From an uncultured Halobacteria archaeon (lineage in GTDB: Archaea > Halobacteriota > Syntropharchaeia > Alkanophagales > Methanospirareceae), in NCBI GenBank assembly GCA_964522635.1, contig CAZFWT010000004.1, forward strand, positions 11,657 through 50,815: 39,159 bases of DNA, written 5' to 3'. Shown here in pieces: positions 33,863 through 39,159 of this stretch. Position numbers and translations under genes: made by a program. Positions within the stretch are counted from its first letter, which is position 1, and each line of letters begins with the position of its first letter. Under the pieces are notes generated by a model, which saw only the letters and a list, made by a program, of their open reading frames with translations, was not told the DNA's origin and did not search any database.

Positions 33863-35659
33863 GTGAAGGATAAAATACCCGTCAATATCCCCACGCTCCA
33901 TGACCTCTTGCGGCTCACGGAAGAATCAAAAACAGTCAAGACCTTCAGCTTTTACGCGCCCGAGATTGCCGGGGGATGCCAGCCCGGGCAATTCGTGATG
34001 GTCTGGGTACCTGGCGTCGATGAGATACCGATCTCCATCGCGCTGGCTTCGAGGGACGGTACGCTCGAGCTGGCCATCGCGGATGTCGGGGACTGCTCGC
34101 ACCGCCTGCATGAGTTGCACGAGGGCGATCTCGTGGGTCTGCGCGGGCCTTATGGTAACGGCTTCACCATCACGGGCGATCGGATCTGCATGGTCGCGGG
34201 CGGCTATGGCGCCGCGCCACTGCGGTTCTCGGCCGCAAAGGCACGAGCACAAGGCCGGGCAGTTACGGTTATTCAGGGCGCGCGATGCGCTACCGATCTC
34301 CTTTATGTCCGAAGTTTTGGCGATCTGGGCTGTGACGTGCGTGTGGCGACGGAAGATGGCTCGCAGGGCCGGTGTGGTATGTGCACGGACGTGCTGGAAG
34401 CGATCTTGCATGCGGGTGCGGCGTTCGACTTAGTGCTCATCTGCGGGCCAGAGCGGATGATGCAGCGTGTGTGTGAGCTGACGCAGAAGGCACAGATACC
34501 CACGCAACTGTCAGTGGAGCGGATCGTGAAGTGCAGCTGCGGCGCCTGCGGTGCGTGTGACCTTGGTGGCTATCTGGTGTGTAAAGACGGGCCGGTGTTC
34601 ACGGCCGAGGTAATGGCGCAGACCGAGTTCGGGCGCTGGAAGCGTGCGAAGAGCGGCAAACGCGTCCCCCTCGTTCCGACGGTGGTAGCGGGATCCGAGC
34701 TTCTTTCATCACCTTTGCCTGATTTCAAACCCGTGGCGGAGCCGCTCCTGCAGACTATGGTATGTGGCATCGCCTTCTCCAACCCGTTGATGAACGCTGC
34801 GGGTTTCGGGTTCTCCGGTCGCTTATTATACCGGTACGCAGCAGCGGGTGCGGGCGCGGTGGTGACGAAATCGGTGGGCCTGGAAGAGCGCGAAGGCTAC
34901 CCCAACCCCACGTTCCTCGAGCTGGAGCCGCGGAGCTACGTGAACGCGATGGGGCTGCCGAATCCGGGCATCCGGAACTACGGGATCGAGCTGGAGGAGG
35001 CGCGGCAGTCGAACGTCCCGATCATTTTGAGCATCTTCGGCAAGAGTGTGGAGGAGTGTCGCGAGGTGGCGAAGATCGCGCGCGAGCGCGGGTATCCGGT
35101 GGCGATGTACGAGTTCGACGCCTCGTGCCCGCACTCGGAGTTCGCGGCGGTCGAGAACAACCCGCCACTGCTGAGTGCGATTGTGAAGGCGATAAAGAAG
35201 CTGGTGCGGCCGAAACCGCTGGCCGTGAAGATCTCGCCCAATATCGGCGCGCCGGTCGGTTTGGCGCTGATCGCGGAGCAGGCGGGCGCAGACGCGATCA
35301 CGGCGATCAACACGGTAATTGCTCGTCCGGTGGAGCAGAGGCGTGAGCTACCGTATTTAGGGAATCCACTGGGCTACGGCGGCAAATCGGGCAAGGATCT
35401 GACGGTGGGCGGGAAGCGGATCGTGTATGAGCTTTACCGGGAATTGAAGATACCGATCATTGCGGTGGGTGGGATCTTTAGCGCGCAGGACGTGCTCGAT
35501 TATGCGTGGAACGGTGCCTCTCTGTTCCAGATCGGGAGCGCGTTGGTGGGCGAAGGGCGGGAGGTTTTCGGACGAGTTAAGCAGGATTTAACGGCATATC
35601 TCCGCGCCAACGGCTATCAAAACATCAGCGAATTGGTGGGTGATGCGCATCGAAGGTGA
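33863..35659 (+). CDS. pyrD: Fused dihydroorotate dehydrogenase: PyrK-like electron-transfer domain plus class 1B PyrD catalytic domain
   Basis: 598 aa with a GTG start preceded by gaggtgg. The N-terminal half is PyrK-like: ...GQFVMVWVPGVDEIPISIA..., MVAGGYGAAP, and the 2Fe-2S motif KCSCGACGACDLGG. A linker of about 45 aa follows. The C-terminal half is PyrD-like: ...CGIAFSNPLMNAAGF..., TKSV, NAMGLPNPG, FDASCPH, AVKISPN, GGKSG, IIAVGGI, FQIGSAL. Confidence 0.85.
   Translation: MKDKIPVNIPTLHDLLRLTEESKTVKTFSFYAPEIAGGCQPGQFVMVWVPGVDEIPISIALASRDGTLELAIADVGDCSHRLHELHEGDLVGLRGPYGNGFTITGDRICMVAGGYGAAPLRFSAAKARAQGRAVTVIQGARCATDLLYVRSFGDLGCDVRVATEDGSQGRCGMCTDVLEAILHAGAAFDLVLICGPERMMQRVCELTQKAQIPTQLSVERIVKCSCGACGACDLGGYLVCKDGPVFTAEVMAQTEFGRWKRAKSGKRVPLVPTVVAGSELLSSPLPDFKPVAEPLLQTMVCGIAFSNPLMNAAGFGFSGRLLYRYAAAGAGAVVTKSVGLEEREGYPNPTFLELEPRSYVNAMGLPNPGIRNYGIELEEARQSNVPIILSIFGKSVEECREVAKIARERGYPVAMYEFDASCPHSEFAAVENNPPLLSAIVKAIKKLVRPKPLAVKISPNIGAPVGLALIAEQAGADAITAINTVIARPVEQRRELPYLGNPLGYGGKSGKDLTVGGKRIVYELYRELKIPIIAVGGIFSAQDVLDYAWNGASLFQIGSALVGEGREVFGRVKQDLTAYLRANGYQNISELVGDAHRR
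35562..35650 (+). repeat. 89-nt perfect direct repeat, copy 1 (inside the pyrD 3' end); putative att core
   Basis: aggttttcggacgagttaagcaggatttaacggcatatctccgcgccaacggctatcaaaacatcagcgaattggtgggtgatgcgcat is identical at 37022-37110. Confidence 0.9.
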
Positions 35660-35710
35660 ACAATGCCTGTGATGTGACTATACTGAAGCGGTAAAGCAAG
35701 GAAAGACGCT

Positions 35711-35914
35711 ATGGGAAAAGAGATAACCGTTTGGTTCGACATCGAGGGGGACTACCTCGAGGGTAATTTCGAGCGCAGAAAGGGATATTTCAGGGAGACG
35801 GAGAACGATGCGGTGATGGAGAAAGTTGATGAGGAAGGGACCGTTATTGGGTTCTCAATCCTCCGGGTGAGTGCGTTAAAGGAACGGAAGCCGATTTCAG
35901 TGCCTCTGCGGTGA
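35711..35914 (+). CDS. DUF2283-family small protein
   Basis: 67 aa. MGKEITVWFDIEGDYLEG...VDEEGTVIGFSILRVSAL fits the DUF2283 pattern. Confidence 0.6.
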   Translation: MGKEITVWFDIEGDYLEGNFERRKGYFRETENDAVMEKVDEEGTVIGFSILRVSALKERKPISVPLR

Positions 35915-35974
35915 GTCCTAACATATAGCTTATCATTTAAAGAAGGCAGGCAAACCTCAATTTTAGGAGCCCTC

Positions 35975-36211
35975 TTAGCGTTCCACGAGTTCTTCCGCGA
36001 GTTCTTTACACTCCTGCTCGAACTCCTTCACTGTCGTTTTCGCGAATTTCGGCAGCTTTAGTGCGGTGAGCAACTCGGGGATGTGCTCGGCGATCAGTTT
36101 TGCATCTCGCACCCGATAAATGACCTTGCCGCCGCTCTTCAAGCCGATGATCGCATCCATTTCTTTTGGAGGAACATTTTCCCCCTTATTGCTGGCATCA
36201 CCTTTTACCAT
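35975..36211 (-). CDS. vapB: AbrB/SpoVT-type antitoxin (VapB-like), orphan copy
   Basis: Start at MVKGDASNKGENVPPKEMDAIIGLKSGGKVIYRV (36211) aligns with the N-terminus of the vapB at 38830-39069. The C-terminal halves are nearly identical. No PIN gene lies downstream. Confidence 0.65.
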   Translation of the reverse strand: MVKGDASNKGENVPPKEMDAIIGLKSGGKVIYRVRDAKLIAEHIPELLTALKLPKFAKTTVKEFEQECKELAEELVER

Positions 36212-36309
36212 TTTTTCGCTTTGCGCCTCATTGGTTAGTTGATATTCTATACTATACATTTTGGTCGAAGTAGTGCAAGAGGCGGTTTTACGCTTTTAAG
36301 CATATCCCG

Positions 36310-36537
36310 TCATCCAATATGCTCTAGCAGTACGTCGATTTCCGCAGTCGAAAAGCCCAGTTGACGCAGTACGAGCTTCATGTACTTCGGGGTCAGTTCG
36401 CTTTTCGCCATTACTACGGGCGCTCGATAGACCCGTCCGTCTTTTTCGCGTTCAAAGATTGCGTGGCTGGTTCCGCGTTGTCTGATGAATCGTGCGCCGC
36501 CATATGTAAGAAGCTTGATGAACTTCTTACTGGACAT
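36310..36537 (-). CDS. hicA: HicA-family mRNA interferase toxin
   Basis: Start at MSSKKFIKLLTYGGARFIRQRGTSHAIFEREKDGRVYRAPVV (36537). This is the YcfA/HicA pattern (G.H......G......P.H). Confidence 0.7.
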   Translation of the reverse strand: MSSKKFIKLLTYGGARFIRQRGTSHAIFEREKDGRVYRAPVVMAKSELTPKYMKLVLRQLGFSTAEIDVLLEHIG

Positions 36538-36550
36538 CGGCGGGAATCGT

Positions 36551-36841
36551 TTAGACACCGGCACTAACCTCAAAGGCGATAGTTTCCGAGTACGTCCAAT
36601 CCTGCGCCGATCGCACCTGCTCGACACCCTCAAGGAGGAATTCGCGGAGAACGTCAGGAGTTACTGGTTGTATCTCGTGCTCGAGCTTCAGCTCTTTGAT
36701 GTACGCGAGGTATTCTTCACAGGCATCTCGCAGCATCTTTCGTGCATCCTCAATGCTCTCACCCTGACTCGCGACATTGAGTTCGAGACATAATGCCACG
36801 TAATAGTTTCCAGCTTTTTTGAGTAAACCCGTCAGGTGCAT
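36551..36841 (-). CDS. hicB: HicB-family antitoxin (UPF0150 fold)
   Basis: 96 aa. Contains ...YYVALCLELNVASQGESIEDARKMLRDACEEYL.... It lies 13 nt upstream of hicA. Confidence 0.65.
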   Translation of the reverse strand: MHLTGLLKKAGNYYVALCLELNVASQGESIEDARKMLRDACEEYLAYIKELKLEHEIQPVTPDVLREFLLEGVEQVRSAQDWTYSETIAFEVSAGV

Positions 36842-36944
36842 GGGATCGCTTTAACCTCTGTAATAATATTAAGACACGAGGATAGTAATATAGTTTTGAC
36901 TCCGGCGCGCCGCTTTTGGATATCTCACGCTGCTATCACTCAGC

Positions 36945-37116
36945 AAGGGACGTGCTCGACCATGCACGGAACGGCGCCGCTCTGTTCCAGATCGGGAGCG
37001 CGCTGGTGAGTGAAGGTTTTAAGGTTTTCGGACGAGTTAAGCAGGATTTAACGGCATATCTCCGCGCCAACGGCTATCAAAACATCAGCGAATTGGTGGG
37101 TGATGCGCATACATAG
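36945..37116 (+). pseudogene. pyrD: Displaced pyrD 3'-end fragment (copy 2)
   Basis: The track ORF 36916-37116 ends ...RDVLDHARNGAALFQIGSALVSEGFKVFGRVKQDLTAYLRANGYQNISELVGDAH, homologous to the last approximately 55 residues of PyrD. By my count 14 of the first 74 nt differ; the remaining 89/89 nt are identical. Confidence 0.8.
37022..37110 (+). repeat. 89-nt perfect direct repeat, copy 2
   Basis: Identical to 35562-35650. Confidence 0.9.
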
Positions 37117-37149
37117 ATAGCTAGGGCGGCCAAGGCTGCTAAGATATTT

Positions 37150-38046
37150 TCAGTTATACACGTGACGATAACGCTGTTCCGTTTCAACCTGGGGTTCAAC
37201 ATGAATGGTTGGCTCGACTTTCAGCTCCTTTCTAATAGCTTCTTCCACTGTAGTCACTAAGTCGTGCGCTTCTTTCAAATTCATTTCAGAGGGGAGTTTA
37301 CAATGAAGCGTTAATTCGACATGGTCGCCGTATCGATGTACATGTACGTGATGAATGCAGGATGCAGACGGCGCAATGTTCTGTACCAGGTTTCGTATTT
37401 TCGCTTCAATTGTCGGATCGGGTTTTTCGCCAAATATCGAGCTCACGGCACCTTTAAAAATCCCATACGTCGCGTACAGGATGAGTGCTGATACTGCTAT
37501 GCCCATAACGCCGTCAATCCACCACAGATGTGCACCGGCTAAGGCGCCAATGACAATCAAGCCCGAAGCGATGGCATCACTGCGGTGGTGCCAGCCATCT
37601 GCTATGAGCGCCTGCGAGTCGATTTTTTTACCCGCCCACAGTGAAAACTGCGCGAGGCTTTCCTTTACAATAACGGAGATGCCAAACACGATTATAGCCC
37701 GTAGGGTAAAATTAGCTGCCTGATAGATCAGCAATCTCATGATCGATTCCTTTAAAAACGTAAAGCCGACAACGGCGAGCAGTGTGCCAATAATGATTGC
37801 CCCGATTGATTCCGCCCGGCCATGGCCAAACGGATGGTGCTCATCTGCTGGTCGCGCCGCGATCCAGAAGCTCACCAGGATAATGAGTGAGGTGAACGTA
37901 TCTGACATGGTATGCCATGCATCGGCGATCATAGCTACAGAACCGGATTTTATACCCGCCCAGTACTTAAGCCCGAAGAGGAGTACGTTAATGCCGATAG
38001 AAAGCAAACCTTCAGTATAGCCAAAACGCTGCGGTTTAAGGCGCAT
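37150..38046 (-). CDS. Cation diffusion facilitator (CDF) family metal efflux transporter
   Basis: 298 aa with six TM helices. Contains the ADAWHTMSD and ADGWHHRSD motifs and a C-terminal cytoplasmic domain with HHVHVHRYG. Confidence 0.85.
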   Translation of the reverse strand: MRLKPQRFGYTEGLLSIGINVLLFGLKYWAGIKSGSVAMIADAWHTMSDTFTSLIILVSFWIAARPADEHHPFGHGRAESIGAIIIGTLLAVVGFTFLKESIMRLLIYQAANFTLRAIIVFGISVIVKESLAQFSLWAGKKIDSQALIADGWHHRSDAIASGLIVIGALAGAHLWWIDGVMGIAVSALILYATYGIFKGAVSSIFGEKPDPTIEAKIRNLVQNIAPSASCIHHVHVHRYGDHVELTLHCKLPSEMNLKEAHDLVTTVEEAIRKELKVEPTIHVEPQVETEQRYRHVYN

Positions 38047-38194
38047 CGAGTTCTACCTATCCTTCATCGGTATATTCTTCCTCATTAAGTAGTAAGCGCC
38101 TCATTTACCTGCCCTTTTCTCTCCCAACACCGTTTTCGATCGAAAATGGTACAAATGGCGTGACCACCCATCAGATGAATTCGATGCGCAACTA

Positions 38195-38366
38195 TTCCTT
38201 TTGCGCGACGTGGTAGATTACGGAACGGTGCGCAGCACTTCCAGGTCGGGAGCGCGCTGGTAAGCGAAGGGCTTGGGTTTTTTTAGAGGCGAAAAAAGAT
38301 TTGAAGGAGTATTCGGTTAACGGATACAAGAATCTAGGTGGCATTGGTGGGGACAGCGCACAGTAA
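38195..38366 (+). pseudogene. pyrD: Older, frameshifted pyrD 3'-end fragment (copy 3)
   Basis: ...ttccaggtcgggagcgcgctggtaagcgaaggg... translates to FQVGSALVSEG. After a frameshift and stops it continues KKDLKEYSVNGYKNLGGIGGDSAQ*. This parallels PyrD ...FQIGSALVGEG...VKQDLTAYLRANGYQNISELVGDAHRR*. Confidence 0.6.
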
Positions 38367-38407
38367 ATCAGCGTAAATTAGGATTACGAACAATTCCCGG
38401 ATTACCA

Positions 38408-38833
38408 TCACAGGTACCTTCGGACAAATTGATTTAAATCCATAACATCGAAATCTACGAGCTTAGGGATGTCTTTAGCCTCGGTTAATAGAACATCGGC
38501 ATACACCCTCGCGGTAGCCGCGATGATACAAGTGGGTAACTCCTTTATCTGCTCGTGCAACTCGCATACTACGGGCAAGGTATCAAGCGAAAAAATAGGT
38601 TTGAACTCGATTTTTGATGAAAGAATGCTCTTCATACCGGTATAAAACCGCTTTTTTGCTGTTTCATTACCCGCCATGTGCCTGCTCGCTTTGCCAAACA
38701 GCTCGAAGAGCGAAAGCTCGTTGAGAATGAATAGGTGGTTTGCTGAGAATAATTGCTCAAGCACCTCCCCGGGCACATCAATCTCAATGCCAACAGCGGG
38801 CAGTAAGTAGGTGGTATCCAGGAGCACTTTCAT
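38408..38833 (-). CDS. vapC: PIN-domain ribonuclease toxin (VapC-like)
   Basis: 141 aa. Begins MKVLLDTTYLL..., with the N-terminal acidic PIN residue. It has a 4-nt overlap with the upstream AbrB-type antitoxin. Confidence 0.7.
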   Translation of the reverse strand: MKVLLDTTYLLPAVGIEIDVPGEVLEQLFSANHLFILNELSLFELFGKASRHMAGNETAKKRFYTGMKSILSSKIEFKPIFSLDTLPVVCELHEQIKELPTCIIAATARVYADVLLTEAKDIPKLVDFDVMDLNQFVRRYL

Positions 38834-39069
38834 CGTTCCACGAGTTTCTCCGCGAGCTCTTTTCGCTCCTGCTCGAACTCCTTCACTGTCGTTTTCGCGA
38901 ATTTCGGCAGTTTTAGTGCGGTGAGCAGGTCGGGAACCGGCTCGACGATTAGCTTGGAGTCATCAACCCGATAAATGACCTTGCCGCCGCTCTTCAAGCC
39001 GAGCATCTTCCGAATCTCTTTAGGTGGGAAGAGCTCCCCCTTCTTGCCCACGATGCCCTCAGCGATCAT
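38830..39069 (-). CDS. vapB: AbrB/SpoVT-type antitoxin (VapB-like)
   Basis: 79 aa. Contains ...PPKEIRKMLGLKSGGKVIYRVDD..., the looped-hinge-helix motif. It is coupled to the PIN gene. Confidence 0.7.
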   Translation of the reverse strand: MIAEGIVGKKGELFPPKEIRKMLGLKSGGKVIYRVDDSKLIVEPVPDLLTALKLPKFAKTTVKEFEQERKELAEKLVER

Positions 39070-39159
39070 AGCAGCATCACCATGTAACTAATAAAGTATC
39101 GAGTATTAATATTTTTACCGGATTTAGGCCGCCTTGCCAGAATATTTGAGCACCGTCCG

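Larger units (their letters stand above)
35651..37021. mobile_element. Putative remnant of an integrated element (cassette A) bounded by pyrD 3'-end copies
   Basis: It lies between the two 89-nt cores and carries only DUF2283, an orphan vapB-like gene and hicBA. No integrase is present, so it is likely decayed. Confidence 0.35.

Noticed and set aside
36916-37116. 66-aa ORF as an independent small gene.
   Set aside because: Its C-terminal approximately 55 residues are a copy of the PyrD C-terminus and its 5' part has no homology. I interpreted it as a displaced gene fragment (pseudogene).
1-39159. Search for tRNA genes, rRNA genes, CRISPR arrays, transposases and integrases.
   Set aside because: I saw no cloverleaf-compatible GC-rich 70-90 nt segments in the spacers, no rRNA-like stretches, no spaced repeats, and no ORF with DDE or tyrosine-recombinase motifs. 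This was inspection by eye only, so tRNAscan and Infernal should confirm it.

Overview
This is an archaeal chromosome segment that looks like a class II methanogen or ANME-type Methanomicrobia. It is GC-rich at third codon positions, roughly mid-50s %GC by eye. All product calls come from my own reading of the ORF translations and motif recall; no HMM or BLAST was run.

The core is a complete mtrEDCBAFGH operon on the minus strand (17308-22384). It is embedded in methyl-coenzyme M reductase (MCR) maturation and activation genes:
- ycaO (855-2078)
- a stand-alone mcrC tightly coupled to two divergent tandem atwA (component A2) genes (10728-14647)
- a divergent marker-protein cluster: actin-fold ATPase, Mmp17-like, Mmp7-like (22701-25646)
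- an Mmp8-like gene (30214-31059)

mcrBGA itself is not in the window.

The most interesting unexplained module is a translationally coupled trio between the mtr terminator and atwA (14796-17178). It consists of two paralogous U32-family (UbiU/UbiV-like) proteins and a 122-aa Cys protein.

Other gene content:
- A split hydantoinase/oxoprolinase operon with an embedded amidohydrolase and methyltransferase (2151-8393).
- A detached rpl19e-rpl18-rps5-rpl30 mini-cluster.
- GGGP synthase, larA-like, ksgA, DUF63, and a fused pyrK-pyrD.

The right end (35.5-39.2 kb) is accessory DNA. Three progressively degraded copies of the pyrD 3' end, one pair sharing a perfect 89-nt core, delimit small cassettes. 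The cassettes carry toxin-antitoxin genes (hicBA, vapBC, an orphan vapB, DUF2283) and a CDF transporter. This suggests repeated integration at the pyrD 3' end.

I recognised no rRNA gene, tRNA gene or CRISPR array.
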